Virus record (IMG/VR): IMGVR_UViG_3300027804_000038
Location: 160,001-224,000 of that record
Reading direction: 5' to 3' (one strand)
DNA: 64,000 nucleotides
Source: a virus
Taxonomy: Duplodnaviria > Caudoviricetes
Part shown: positions 1-12,100 of the stretch, piece by piece
How positions within the stretch are numbered: the stretch's first letter is position 1
Layout: every line of letters begins with the position of its first letter
Made by a program: the position numbers and the translations under genes
Notes under the pieces: generated by a model
Seen by the model: only the letters and a program-made list of their open reading frames with translations
Databases searched by the model: none
What the model was told of the DNA's origin: nothing

Positions 1-1
1 T

Positions 2-934
2 TGGGATTTATTAAATCGCTCAGATACGATTGATTCGTACGAAACGACAGTATTAGAAGAAGTAATTGGATTACCTATTAATTATGAGTTAGATAGGTTC
101 TCAAGAGATTTAAATGGTGGAAAAACGCAACAAATATATACTTTTTATTTTAAAAAACCAAATACTGATGTGTGGGAAAATAGTTTCACATACAGTGAAA
201 GGTTTACATTAAATGAAGTTAGAAAAAAAGTTAATTCATTTAAGAATTCTTTTTTTAAGTTGGACTTATATGATACCATGGACCCTAAGAAACAAAAAAT
301 TTATTTATCAATAATTATTAGGCCAACTAATGGTAATGTTATAAGTAGAGATTGTATTGAGTATTTGTTCAATCCAAAATTTGATGGGGAATTAAGATAT
401 AAGGATTGTTGTGATGTTTCAAATATTATTAATGTAACTAGCGAAAATCCTGTACCAATATGTAGCTTAGCGGGTACATCTGCTTATTTTATAACTAACA
501 CCGCTGGTTATCCTGTAAATTTCGCAAATAGTAATCCTGGGGTGTATACATCTACCGCATCTCAGTCATGTGACTGTAACGACCCTAATTCTAGTTTTGA
601 GGCGGATGATTCTATAGTACCGATATTCACGTTAGACCACGTTGGTAACCAAGAAGGGTATTATATATATTGGTTTCAAGACAAAGATTTAATAGATGTT
701 GATTACTTGTATATGACATCTAAATTTTTTGATGCGAAAGACGGTACATATACAAAATTTACAACAAAATCACAAAATAATTTTTCTGACCCATATCAGA
801 TACCTAATGAATATTTTTATTACAGAGTTAAATTTGATTATGGAGATAAAGTATATAGAATTTTAGATGCAATAAATGATATTGACTTATCAAACGTAAG
901 TTGGTTCGAATATGAAAACCCTCCTTTAGTATAA
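2..934 (+). CDS. Hypothetical protein in the virion gene block, 5'-truncated by the window edge
   Basis: The frame of track ORF 170..934 is open back to position 2 (WDLLNRSDTIDSYETTVLEEVIGLP...), so the GTG at 170 is not the true start. It is tightly packed with downstream structural genes. Confidence 0.75.
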   Translation, partial: WDLLNRSDTIDSYETTVLEEVIGLPINYELDRFSRDLNGGKTQQIYTFYFKKPNTDVWENSFTYSERFTLNEVRKKVNSFKNSFFKLDLYDTMDPKKQKIYLSIIIRPTNGNVISRDCIEYLFNPKFDGELRYKDCCDVSNIINVTSENPVPICSLAGTSAYFITNTAGYPVNFANSNPGVYTSTASQSCDCNDPNSSFEADDSIVPIFTLDHVGNQEGYYIYWFQDKDLIDVDYLYMTSKFFDAKDGTYTKFTTKSQNNFSDPYQIPNEYFYYRVKFDYGDKVYRILDAINDIDLSNVSWFEYENPPLV

Positions 935-935
935 T

Positions 936-2024
936 ATGGAAATTTTTAAAATTAAAATATCGCCAGAAGTTTTAAAGTATGATATTGAAACTATCACAAG
1001 TAGTGGATTTACATTTGGATATTACCCAAGTCTACCTAATATTTTATCTGGAGGTACTAATGGTCAGTCATTATTAACAGATTTGTCAATTCCTATATTA
1101 CTTAAAAGTGATTATAATGATATTGGATATTATTCTGTGTTTGATGGTGATTTATCACAATGTATAGAAGATGTTAATTTTATATTTTCAGGTAATACAC
1201 TATCACCATATCAAATTTGTATATATAATACATCTAATAATCTTGCTAATTACTTACAAGAAACAACTTATTTTGTAAATTGGGGTGACGGTAATATCGA
1301 ACAAGTTACAAATTTTATACCTGAGTCTGTTTGTCATTTATATTCTAATGTTGATACGGATGTTACTTATACTATTTCATTTACAGGAAGTAACAATATT
1401 GGTAACTTCATTATTGAAAAGGATATAAAGATACCATATACTATTGACCCTATAACTAATCCATACGGTACGGTAACATTCCAAGTAAACCAAGGTTCGT
1501 GGTCGACAATCCCAACATCACAAAATTATATTTTTACTGGTGATAGTGAAACAAGTGTAAATTCACAAATTAGCTCAAACTATGTTAGTACTCCTTTTGT
1601 TGTGTCTGGTTTCACCCAATCAAGATTAAACGAATTAGAAACCTACGGAGCGTCACCATATATAAATGATTTAATAATTCAAATTGAAGATGGAGGTACG
1701 GGTTATGTAATGTCACAAAGTCCAGAATATACTTCATATACAATAAATGATTTAGTATACTTTGACTATTCAGGAGGTACTACTGCATTTATTTGTTATT
1801 CGTCAGGTATTACAACAGATATGATTGTTTCTTCGGCGATGACAAAATTTGAGTATTTAATGAACATAATTGACCAACCAGAAATACAAACAAATGTATT
1901 TATTGAAAGAGGTAAAAACTCAGGATTAGAAAATTTTAGGAGAATTGGTGAAGTAAGAGGTATGGAACAATTAGTAACATATGGATACAAATTTTTTAAT
2001 GTTGTGAATTACAATGAAATATAA
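936..2024 (+). CDS. Putative virion structural protein with a PKD-like segment
   Basis: 362 aa, S/T/G/N-rich; YFVNWGDGNIEQ...HLYSN resembles the PKD WxFGDG...HxY signature; 1-nt gap to the previous gene. Confidence 0.55.
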   Translation: MEIFKIKISPEVLKYDIETITSSGFTFGYYPSLPNILSGGTNGQSLLTDLSIPILLKSDYNDIGYYSVFDGDLSQCIEDVNFIFSGNTLSPYQICIYNTSNNLANYLQETTYFVNWGDGNIEQVTNFIPESVCHLYSNVDTDVTYTISFTGSNNIGNFIIEKDIKIPYTIDPITNPYGTVTFQVNQGSWSTIPTSQNYIFTGDSETSVNSQISSNYVSTPFVVSGFTQSRLNELETYGASPYINDLIIQIEDGGTGYVMSQSPEYTSYTINDLVYFDYSGGTTAFICYSSGITTDMIVSSAMTKFEYLMNIIDQPEIQTNVFIERGKNSGLENFRRIGEVRGMEQLVTYGYKFFNVVNYNEI

Positions 2025-2043
2025 ACTTTAAATTTTTTTTAAA

Positions 2044-2949
2044 TTGGCTACAGGAAATTACGGAATAGTTAGACCATCAGACGTTAGTCCTGAGGATGTT
2101 GAGATTATTCTACACTATACACCCTCAAGAGATGATACTACAAATTTTACGTTAACAAAATTAGATTCTCTTCAATACTTAACACCATACTACAACAACA
2201 GTAGTACTGGCGGTAATAATAATGAACTACTTGGAGGACTGTATAATCTTAGATTACCTGCAGATGAATTTAATGCTTTAGGAATTTATACTTTATATTT
2301 TAGACCTTCACAAATAAGAACAAAAATAAATGATTGCGGTGTTCTATCGTCTTCACCGAATGTTAAAGGTATAATTATAAATCTACAAGACGTACCTACT
2401 GAATATAGAAATAAATTTGTCAATCAAGGACTTGTTGGATTTAGAGTGGAGTATTTAAATTCTGATGGAACTAAAATACCTAATTTTTTTAGAATAGTGA
2501 CTTCTTGTTTTTATTGTGAACCAGTTACCCAAAATTTAACAAATACTATACAAAAAGCGGTAAGGTATCGATACACAGATGGTACTAGTGATTTACTATT
2601 TTGTACATTGTCACCATCGGCATCACCAACAGTAAAACCAAATGCGACTCCATATATTGGGGTACCAAATCAAAATATTGTTTTTACAAATACTTTTTTT
2701 AACCCAACAGTGGTTGAAGTTGAGATTGTCGAACATGACTCCTCAACTATTGCAATTGCATTATATGGTAATCAAACGAAATCAATTGATGATGGAATTT
2801 ATACTATATACGATAGCGATAATAATATATATAAACAATATAATCTTTATGAAATCCGAGACCAATTCAACGAACTTCTTTATGAAGTTAGACAAGACAG
2901 AGGGGATGATATTGATAACACTAAGAACTTTGAAAATATAATTTCATAA
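2044..2949 (+). CDS. Hypothetical virion protein (TTG start)
   Basis: 301 aa ORF whose stop overlaps the next ATG (TAATG); located in the structural block. Confidence 0.6.
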   Translation: MATGNYGIVRPSDVSPEDVEIILHYTPSRDDTTNFTLTKLDSLQYLTPYYNNSSTGGNNNELLGGLYNLRLPADEFNALGIYTLYFRPSQIRTKINDCGVLSSSPNVKGIIINLQDVPTEYRNKFVNQGLVGFRVEYLNSDGTKIPNFFRIVTSCFYCEPVTQNLTNTIQKAVRYRYTDGTSDLLFCTLSPSASPTVKPNATPYIGVPNQNIVFTNTFFNPTVVEVEIVEHDSSTIAIALYGNQTKSIDDGIYTIYDSDNNIYKQYNLYEIRDQFNELLYEVRQDRGDDIDNTKNFENIIS

Positions 2950-5891
2950 TGGCTAAATACGCTTGTCCACCACAAAAACCTAGCGGTGCTGGTTCTTTCT
3001 CAGACAACCTTGTTGGTTTACAAATCGTACAAGGTGGAGGACTTACGCAAGGTAATTTCCAATTTACAACAAGTGTAGTTGAAAAAGTTAATAGGACATT
3101 TGATATTGGTGTATTTTCAGAACCAATATCACTTTCTGATTTAGATATAACTTCAATTGACCAAGCCCAACAAATTTATAATGCTAATTTTAAAGTATAC
3201 CCAAATTTTGACGAAACAAATATTTTAAACTTTGTCGCATACGGGCCATTAACTAATAGATTTTCAGCCGCGGTAACTAATATAGTTAATTTTTACCCTG
3301 CGGCTTTAGAGGTTGATAAAATGAGGTTAAATTTAACAACAGGGTCAACCGCTTTTAATATAACCTATGATAGTTTAGAAAATCTCACAAGTTTAGATAT
3401 TTCTGTTGCATCTATTAAGAATCCTTTTTCTATAGATTTTACTACAAATGCAACTCAAAATATAAATAACTTAGAATTTGAAGTTTCAAAGTATAGAAAT
3501 TTAACTAGTGAATTTGTTAATTATATTTTACAGGTAAATAATAATTCATACGAATTATTTGATATTACACCTACAACATCAATAAGTGCTGGTACACTAT
3601 CAATAATAGTTGTTGGTGACCCATTTAGTGGACAATCAGTATCCTACGATTCTTTAGTTATAAGACCAAATGATACAATAGTTAATGAGGTTTTTAATTT
3701 AGAATTAGATGAGGTAGAAGAATTACTTTTAAACCGATATATTACACCAAGATATACCGCGAAATTCCAAGTACCTACCGAAGGTGATGATGGAACAATA
3801 TTCATTAAATTTCAAAGCGTAACATGGAATTTAGACGGACAATGGAATATTGATATAAGAACTTCCGCCTTTCAAGATTATATTGAAACTTTAAATTTAA
3901 TAGGGGAAGATTTTGATACATTTAGGACCGATTTAGTTTCAAGATTTTATACGACAGACGCATTTAAAGAGTTTGATACTAGCGACAATAAAGTTGCAAA
4001 AGTATTGAAAATTTATGGACGTAGTTTTGACGAGACTAAAAAATATATCGATGCCATAACTCACATGACATCAATAAATTATAATGTTGGTAATGATGTA
4101 CCGTCAAAATTACTGGTTAACATTGCTCAAACATTAGGATGGTCAACAAATATATCCCCAATACAGAACAGTGGATTTATTACTTCTTTATATGGACAAA
4201 CACAAAATGAGTTTCCAGGATATTCGGACAGTAAAACATTAGAAGAATTACAATATCAGTATTATAGAAATTTAATAATGAATTCAGGTTATCTTTTTAG
4301 GTCTAAAGGAACTAGAAAGTCTATAGAATTTTTATTAAATTTTATAGGGGCACCAGAGGCACTAATTGAGTTTAATGAAAATGTTTATTTAGCGGATGGT
4401 CCTATATCTATTGAACAATTTGATGAATTATATATAACGATTACTGGAGGGACCTACGCCCCAACATTACCACAGTTAGATTCAAATAACACATATAGAT
4501 TTAATGGAGTAACCTATTCGGCATTTACTTCTTCAACATCAATAATTGATATATCAACAACCATCAATGATTTCCCAATAGACGATAATGGATATCCATC
4601 GTCACCACAAGATACTGATAATATGTTTTTCCAAAAAGGAGAAGGGTGGTTTGAATCAACACCACAACATAGAAGTCCTGAAATAGTTGACAACACTAAT
4701 AGTGTTTTTACTGGACAAAACTTCAATGTTCAAACATCATTAGAACCTTTTACATATGGTGAAAAATATTTAGATATTTATAGAAATTTTCCATATTTAG
4801 GTATTGGATTTGAAATTCTTAAAACAAATGACAATAAAAAATCTTGGTCAAATTCTGATAGTGAATTTAGAAAATCTTTAAATGCTGGGTATAATTCATT
4901 ATACGAAGTTAGTGATGATAAACTTGTTATAAACGTTAAGAATATCGATTTATTTTTAAATCCTGCACAAGCATTGGCTTATGATGTGTGGTACCTATCA
5001 AATACAAAAAGTTACCCAATACCAAGTACAGGACTATCATCACCATATCCACAAACAGGAGGTACTGATTGGACATTTATCAATCCTAAACCACAAAATA
5101 AAACTTTCTATGAGTTTTATAGAACATTTTGGAGTAATATGATAAATGTTAGAAATAGACAATTTTCTTCAGATGGAAAAACTAGCGGATACCCAACACT
5201 ACAGTCTATTTTTTGGAAATATCTAACAATGTACCAAGACGTTGGAATTGAAAATAATAACTTCAATTATCAAAATATGATAAACTACATTGAAGGAATA
5301 GGTGATTATTGGATAAGACTTGTCGAACAATTTATTCCCGCAACTACTATATGGAATACAGGAACTAAATTAGAGAATTCAATTTTCCACAGACAAAAAT
5401 TTATTTACAGACCACAAAGAGGTTGTTTTACAATAGAAGAAGAAATCTCAGGACCACAGGTCGGAGGAGGATATAATAACAATGATTGTAGTGAAACTCA
5501 ATTCATTGTTGACATGGAATATGATTTAAACAACATCCAAACTCAGTACAATTTATCTAAACTTGCTTTAGATTGTGACCCTAGCACAACAACTATAGTT
5601 AGTATGCAATATGGTTTTGATATTGTGATTACAAATTATGACGGAACTTCAAATACTTTATCTTATATTGACCCAGTTGTATTTTTAGCGGGTTCATTAG
5701 ATATTACTGAGACTCAGTGGTATGATTTTATTGCTCAAGGAATGTCGTATATTTTCTTAGAACTCGCTCAATTAGGTATTGGATATACTAAAAATGGTTA
5801 TAATTTAATATTTACATCTGAAAATTGTGAAGTAATAGATAGTATTGAATTAGAATTAAAATTCATAAATGTTCAATTAACATGTATCTAA
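2949..5891 (+). CDS. Putative baseplate wedge / tail protein with a P2 gpI-like motif
   Basis: 980 aa; VPSKLLVNIAQTLGW...YRNLIMNSGYLFRSKGTRKSIEFLLNFIG matches the LAxxLG...R.LI......KGT..(G/S)IE..L pattern of Tail_P2_I-type wedge proteins (recognised by eye). Confidence 0.55.
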   Translation: MAKYACPPQKPSGAGSFSDNLVGLQIVQGGGLTQGNFQFTTSVVEKVNRTFDIGVFSEPISLSDLDITSIDQAQQIYNANFKVYPNFDETNILNFVAYGPLTNRFSAAVTNIVNFYPAALEVDKMRLNLTTGSTAFNITYDSLENLTSLDISVASIKNPFSIDFTTNATQNINNLEFEVSKYRNLTSEFVNYILQVNNNSYELFDITPTTSISAGTLSIIVVGDPFSGQSVSYDSLVIRPNDTIVNEVFNLELDEVEELLLNRYITPRYTAKFQVPTEGDDGTIFIKFQSVTWNLDGQWNIDIRTSAFQDYIETLNLIGEDFDTFRTDLVSRFYTTDAFKEFDTSDNKVAKVLKIYGRSFDETKKYIDAITHMTSINYNVGNDVPSKLLVNIAQTLGWSTNISPIQNSGFITSLYGQTQNEFPGYSDSKTLEELQYQYYRNLIMNSGYLFRSKGTRKSIEFLLNFIGAPEALIEFNENVYLADGPISIEQFDELYITITGGTYAPTLPQLDSNNTYRFNGVTYSAFTSSTSIIDISTTINDFPIDDNGYPSSPQDTDNMFFQKGEGWFESTPQHRSPEIVDNTNSVFTGQNFNVQTSLEPFTYGEKYLDIYRNFPYLGIGFEILKTNDNKKSWSNSDSEFRKSLNAGYNSLYEVSDDKLVINVKNIDLFLNPAQALAYDVWYLSNTKSYPIPSTGLSSPYPQTGGTDWTFINPKPQNKTFYEFYRTFWSNMINVRNRQFSSDGKTSGYPTLQSIFWKYLTMYQDVGIENNNFNYQNMINYIEGIGDYWIRLVEQFIPATTIWNTGTKLENSIFHRQKFIYRPQRGCFTIEEEISGPQVGGGYNNNDCSETQFIVDMEYDLNNIQTQYNLSKLALDCDPSTTTIVSMQYGFDIVITNYDGTSNTLSYIDPVVFLAGSLDITETQWYDFIAQGMSYIFLELAQLGIGYTKNGYNLIFTSENCEVIDSIELELKFINVQLTCI

Positions 5892-5894
5892 TAG

Positions 5895-8078
5895 ATGGGA
5901 TTAATATATTATAACATATCAACAGTAGGTGATTGTTCAAACACATCATCGGGGTCGTTTAGTTTATCAGTTAGTGGGGATTCTCCACCATTTAATATTA
6001 CATGGATATCGCCAATTTCAGGACTAACGTTTTCATCTCAAACAATTACAACAAATCCTTATGTTGTTAATAGTTTGAGTGCTGGAACCTACGCATTTCA
6101 ACTAACAGATTCATCTTTATTAACATCGGCTAGTACTGTAATAGGTTCCGTATCCATAGTCTCATCAACAACTATTAATTTAGGAGTATTTAAGGATACT
6201 ACCTGTGGACAAAATAACGGGATTATTACTGCTAATACCCCAACAAATTTTATATCAAATACAGTTTCTTTATTTAAAGATGGTGAATTATATGAAACAC
6301 AAAGTGGTGGTGGAACTATATTTAGTTTTATAAATTTAGGTCCTGGTATTTATTATTCTAATGTCGAATCTGAAGGTGGATGTGTTGGAACTAGTGATTC
6401 TGTAATTATTCACGGTTCTGAAACTTTAGATTTTGAATTATATGTTATTAATAATCCTGCGTGTTTATTAAACAATGGTAAGATATACGTAACAGGATTA
6501 ACTGGAACACCACCATTTACGTATGAATGGTCAACTAATGTACCATCAGGACAAACATCTTATTTTGTAACAGGGTTAACTAGAAATAATTATAGTGTAA
6601 CTGTAACTGATTATTATGGATGTAGTTTAACTAAGGGTGTTTTTGTTGATAATGCAAGTCCAATTAGTTTAGTTAATTATTCGGTAGTACAACCTACTTG
6701 TTTACAAAGCGACGGCTCAATAACTTTCACAATATCAGGAGGTAGTGCCCCATATTATTATTTATTAAGTAATGGATATGGAGTCGTTAGTTATTCAGAA
6801 CAAATAACATTTTCAGGTTTATCTTCAGGTTTATATGAATTAAATGTAACTGATGTTAGTTTGTGTACATTTAAAACAAATGCTAGATTAAGTACACCTA
6901 ACACTTTTTCAGTTGTTTCTATAACTTCTGAAAATTCAAAATGTGGTTATAAAAATGGTTCAGTTACCGTACAATTAAATGGAGGGGCTCCACCATATTT
7001 AATGTCGTTAATAAATTCTCAGGGTACCGAAATAAACATAAGTTCAACATTAACAAATACAACCTTTAATTCATTAAGTTCTGATACCTATACTTTATTA
7101 ATTAGGGACTCATTTAGTGCTTGTACTTATAGTGGAAGTACTGTTATTACTAACAATCCTTCTTATGATTTTTCAGTTAATTCTACGGGTACTACTTGTG
7201 GTAACAATGACGGGATAATACAAATATCAATAATAAGCGCCAGTACTACTGGTAATTCTTATACTTATTCACTTAGTAATGGAAGTTCATCAGTTGATAC
7301 CACTGCAACAACATATACTTTTACTGGTGTTTCTGCGGGTAATTATGAAATTTCTGTGGTAAATTCCGAACAATGTAAACAATTAGATTATGCGGTAGTA
7401 AGTAATTCGGAACCATATTCCATATTTATGTATCCGTCAACATGCTATAGAGGTACTGATGGTACAATACAAGTTTTAATTGAAGAATCTGACGGTCCAT
7501 TTAATTTAACTTGGAGTGATAATGTTAATGGACAGACTGGTATGTACATTACAGGATTAACTGCTGGAACATACTATTTAACCGTAAGTGGAGAAACAGG
7601 GTGTCAACAATTATTAAGTACTGATATAGTATGTGTACCATCAACCTCAACAACCTACTCATTTACATACGGTAGTGGGGTTAGAGAGTATAGTCCTTCA
7701 TCAAAATTAAGTTTAAAAAATATGCTTTATTCGGGATATTCTTCGTTAGTTACGGATGCTGAATATTGTAAATTAAACAGTGCTGAATTTAGTTTGAAAG
7801 TTACGATTGATTCAACTGACTACACATTCCCATTCTATTATACAACCACTTTCGATAGAATACCTACACTATCTTATTTTTCAGGTATTTTGGAAAATGC
7901 GATATTGAGTATTCCATATATTACAGATTGTACAGTTGATGCTGTTAATGGTTCTATTGAAATTGAATCTGAAGTTGTTGGAGGGGTTGAATACTATAAA
8001 GATGAGACAATAACATTTGATATCTTAATAGATTATGATATTAGTTGTTTGTCGATAAATGATATTGTTTGTCCATAA
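5895..8078 (+). CDS. SprB-repeat, Cys-rich beta-sandwich protein (putative virion adhesin or decoration)
   Basis: Repeated C...G.I.V...GG..PY.Y.(W/L)S...GL..G.Y.V.VTD..GC units, e.g. [56 protein letters not shown]. Confidence 0.7.
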   Translation: MGLIYYNISTVGDCSNTSSGSFSLSVSGDSPPFNITWISPISGLTFSSQTITTNPYVVNSLSAGTYAFQLTDSSLLTSASTVIGSVSIVSSTTINLGVFKDTTCGQNNGIITANTPTNFISNTVSLFKDGELYETQSGGGTIFSFINLGPGIYYSNVESEGGCVGTSDSVIIHGSETLDFELYVINNPACLLNNGKIYVTGLTGTPPFTYEWSTNVPSGQTSYFVTGLTRNNYSVTVTDYYGCSLTKGVFVDNASPISLVNYSVVQPTCLQSDGSITFTISGGSAPYYYLLSNGYGVVSYSEQITFSGLSSGLYELNVTDVSLCTFKTNARLSTPNTFSVVSITSENSKCGYKNGSVTVQLNGGAPPYLMSLINSQGTEINISSTLTNTTFNSLSSDTYTLLIRDSFSACTYSGSTVITNNPSYDFSVNSTGTTCGNNDGIIQISIISASTTGNSYTYSLSNGSSSVDTTATTYTFTGVSAGNYEISVVNSEQCKQLDYAVVSNSEPYSIFMYPSTCYRGTDGTIQVLIEESDGPFNLTWSDNVNGQTGMYITGLTAGTYYLTVSGETGCQQLLSTDIVCVPSTSTTYSFTYGSGVREYSPSSKLSLKNMLYSGYSSLVTDAEYCKLNSAEFSLKVTIDSTDYTFPFYYTTTFDRIPTLSYFSGILENAILSIPYITDCTVDAVNGSIEIESEVVGGVEYYKDETITFDILIDYDISCLSINDIVCP

Positions 8079-9091
8079 TGGGATTAATTACAATAAATGA
8101 TATTTCAGGTATACCACCTTATAATGTAAGTGTATGTGACATTAATGAATTTTCATGTGTATATGTTACAACAATAACACAATATGTACCACCTTCAGTT
8201 GAGTTTAATTTGCCATCAGAATTTATCATGGCTCCAATTGTTTTAATTAAAATAGTTGACTCAACTGGATGTGTATTTACTTCTCAGTATCAATGTTTTA
8301 CATCACCAACCCCGACACCATCTATTACCCCTTCTATTACACCTACAATAAGTATTACACCTACAAACACACCTACAATAAGTATTACACCTACAAACAC
8401 ACCTACAATAAGTATTACACCAACAATAACATCAACCCCCACAATTACACCGTCAGTTACTCCGACATATACCCCAACTCCGTCAGTTACACCTACAAAT
8501 ACACCAACACCATCAATATCTTCACCACCATCTTTTATAAGTGCGATTTTATTTATTGAACCATATTCTGGTTCGACCGATATTGGACAATGGATGTATG
8601 ATAAAGGATTATCATTTTACGGATTTACAAATGGTAGACAACCTGCAACTAATCAAACAGATTTTAATATACAATTTAATAATTATGTTGACTTTTCAGG
8701 TTGGACAAGTGGCTCATTCCCTCAGAAATTTTACTCAGATGTGCCATCGACTTCAGGAGGAGTTGACGATTATGGTAATCCTATTGTTAAATATAACTTT
8801 AAAACCATGTCAATACCTGCAAATACTGTAGAAGACCAATCATGGTATACATGGATAATACCAACTGGACTGACAAATGGATTAATACAAAAAGAAATTG
8901 ATGTAAGTATTGATAACCCAAATGTGTTAACTAGTACTTTAATGGAATCAACAATTTACGCTTATACATTTACATATACAGGAAATACAATTCCAAGAGC
9001 GACATATAGAGTTTATACGTCATTCCCATCATCAAATTTCCAACTAAAAAATTCAACAAATATATATTTTAGAGGAAGTGTAGTTGGGTGA
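8078..9091 (+). CDS. Putative virion protein: N-terminal ~75-aa Cys module, Pro/Thr linker and C-terminal globular domain
   Basis: ATG at 8078 overlaps the upstream stop (TAATG), so it is preferred over the track start 8069. The N-terminus aligns by eye with ORFs 15589..15816 and 23658..23882, followed by a (TPT/SIT)n linker. Confidence 0.65.
   Translation: MGLITINDISGIPPYNVSVCDINEFSCVYVTTITQYVPPSVEFNLPSEFIMAPIVLIKIVDSTGCVFTSQYQCFTSPTPTPSITPSITPTISITPTNTPTISITPTNTPTISITPTITSTPTITPSVTPTYTPTPSVTPTNTPTPSISSPPSFISAILFIEPYSGSTDIGQWMYDKGLSFYGFTNGRQPATNQTDFNIQFNNYVDFSGWTSGSFPQKFYSDVPSTSGGVDDYGNPIVKYNFKTMSIPANTVEDQSWYTWIIPTGLTNGLIQKEIDVSIDNPNVLTSTLMESTIYAYTFTYTGNTIPRATYRVYTSFPSSNFQLKNSTNIYFRGSVVG
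8339..8421 (+). repeat. 30-bp coding tandem repeat, about 2.7 copies ([10 protein letters not shown])
   Basis: acctacaataagtattacacctacaaacac occurs at 8341-8370 and 8371-8400, with a partial copy from 8401. Confidence 0.9.
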
Positions 9092-9106
9092 TAATTATAT
9101 AATAGT

Positions 9107-12100
9107 ATGTCAAATTTTCCATATAAAAAATCTATTTCGCCAATACAATTACTCGGAACACAATCAGTTAACCGAGAAGCGACCTATGGTACTCATTTTA
9201 GTACTGATGGTATCGGTGGATACATGGAAGTTTTTAATGTAACTGATTTAATTTTTACGATACCAACAGGACAAACAGGTTCAATTGAATATACTGGTAA
9301 TACAATTCCTGTAAATTTATTGAAAGGAGGTGCTGGACCATTTTCAACTGACGTTTTAACTCTAAACCCTGATAATATATCTTCAGGTAGAAGAAAACTT
9401 GGGATGTTAGTTTATGTTTATGAATATGACCAAGTTTACCAATTTGCAATAGATAACTACGAAACACTTTGGAATAACGCCACTGGGGCAACAAATACCG
9501 TTGTTATTTCTGAATATGGAACAACCGTAAATACCTCAACACCTGAAGGACAACTTTTAGTATCATCATGGACCGCAAATACAATTGATGGGGTAAGTGG
9601 TGTAACAAGAAGTAATGCGGTTTGGAAAAAATATTATGGTACTAATTTGGCGGTTACGGGAGGTTCTTTTAACGGAGTAACTGGAACCTTAACTCTTACT
9701 AATATAACAGGTGGTACACAAAATATTACTGGATTTGGTTCAGGTGGAGGTGGAGGAGCTCCAATTACAGGAGGTACTTTTGATAGTAGTAATTTAGAAT
9801 TAGATTTAACTTCTTCAGCGGGAACAATAACTGTTACAGGTGTAACAGGATTGTATATTTCGGCAGGAACATATAGTAGTGGAAATACAACATTATCATT
9901 ATCAAACTCAACTGGTGGAACAATAACCATCACAGGTTTTAGTCAAACATTTTCAGGAGGGTCAGGAAATTGTATCAACCAATTATATTTGAATGAAATT
10001 TACCCATGCACTTCTGATATAAAAATTCAACCACTGTCAACAGGTAGAGTTTACTTTGGAAATAACAGTGGGGCTTCAGGTTTAACAATTGACTTTAATT
10101 CAGAAACGGCTCAAAAATCTGCAAGATTAGGATTAAACATAAACAATCCTGAATATACATTTGATTTTAAGAGTTTTGATAGAAAATCGGGATTTTTCTT
10201 TAGAGATGACATAGTGGCACCATTTGGTGATTGGAAACAAATTGCAATTTCAGGAGATACTGATAATGTATTAATGTATACTTCTTTTCAGCCTGATGCC
10301 TCAGGAAGTTTAGGGCCACATGGTATTGCAATTGGGTCAAGAGGATATGGTAATTCTAGTACTACAACAAATAACTCTTTAGGAAGAACTGGTGACACAT
10401 TTGTGTTTGCCTTTTCAAATACAAATGGGTTAAATATTATTAATGGACCTGGAACAAATACTGATGATTATATAAGATTTTATGCTGGTCAAACTGTAGG
10501 TAGTAATACTCCTGATGTTCATATACAAGGTAGTGGGTCAACAAGAGGATTTGTAGGGATAGGAACTACTGCAGTAACAAACCCATTACATGTTTATGCA
10601 ACTTCTAATCCATTGAGATTAGAGGGTCTACAATCGTCCGCTAATACAAGATTTTTAGTTGCCAATTCAGACGGTGTTGTAACTTACACAACAACCGCAC
10701 CTAGTGGAGGAGGAGGATTTAGTGCCGTATCTATTAATAATGTGGTACAATTTGACACAAGTGCGTCACAAACTATTAATTTCAGTGGTGTTAATATAAA
10801 CATAACTTCCGCATCTACTAACACATTAGTCTTTAGTGGAGGAGGTGTTACCGTACCTGGCTCAAATAATCAAGTATTAACCTCAAATGGGTCAGGAGGA
10901 ATTGTTGCTGAGTCATTGTTAACTTTTGATGGATTAGCATCATCTCCACCATTAAATGTGAATGGAATAACTATATGGAGAGGGAAAAACAACTCAAGTA
11001 AAAGTATTGGTATTGGGCCCCTAACTTTAAATAACACAACAAGTGGTGTTGCAAATATTGCTATTGGTCCAGGGTCACAAACTAATACAAATACTGGATA
11101 CAATAATATAAGTATAGGTCTTTCATCGTTATCTGCAAACACATCAGGAAATCGAAATATTGCGATAGGTACATACGCAATGAACCTAAATAGTGGTGGA
11201 TATGGTAACGTTGCGATAGGAGATAGGTCTTTATACAAACACTATATAGGGGACTTTAATATAGCTATAGGGGCTAGTTCTCTATATTATAGTGACACTA
11301 ATTCTTCAGGAACTGATTTTAATATTGCTATAGGTAGATGTGCAATGTTTTATAATTCAGGTGGAACTGAAAACATTGCTATAGGTAGAAGAGCTTTGGC
11401 AGGTAACAATCCTAATAAGCAGTTTGGTAATTTTAACATAGCCTTAGGGAGAGGAAGTTTATATCAAAATTATAACGGTGACTATAACATTGCTATAGGT
11501 AGAAGTTCACTATATTCTAATAGTACTGGTTTACACAACGTTGCGATTGGTAGGAATTCTAATGGTGAAAATACAACAGGAAATAATAATATATCTATAG
11601 GGTATAATTCATTATATTATAATACAACAGGGTTAGGAAATGTATCAATCGGAGCTGACAGTTTATACAGTAATGTATATGGTAACCATAATGTTTCTAT
11701 AGGTTATCTTTCAGGTAAAAACAGCGCTGGTAGTAGAAATGTATTCATTGGTAGAGAGTCAGGATTTAATGAAGTTAATTCTGATAGATTACACATTGCT
11801 AATTGCCAGACTAGGATACCACTAATTTTTGGTGAATTTGACACTAACAGATTAGGTATCAATACAACAACTGTAACTAATACTCTTCATGTTTCGGCAA
11901 CTACACATCCTGTTAGATTTGAAGGATTACAATCTTCTGCAAATACAAGATATTTGGTGGCGAATTCTGATGGAGTAGTAACGTATGTTACAGGTACAAC
12001 AGGTTCATTCTCAGGAGATTATTTACCTTTAAGTGGGGGAACAGTTACTGGAGGAACTTCTTTTACTGCGGGACTGACTGCAAATACTATTTCAGCAACA

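Noticed and set aside
8339-8421. 30-bp repeats as a CRISPR array
   Set aside because: The copies are head-to-tail with no spacers, in frame inside a gene; the same applies to 23169-23238.
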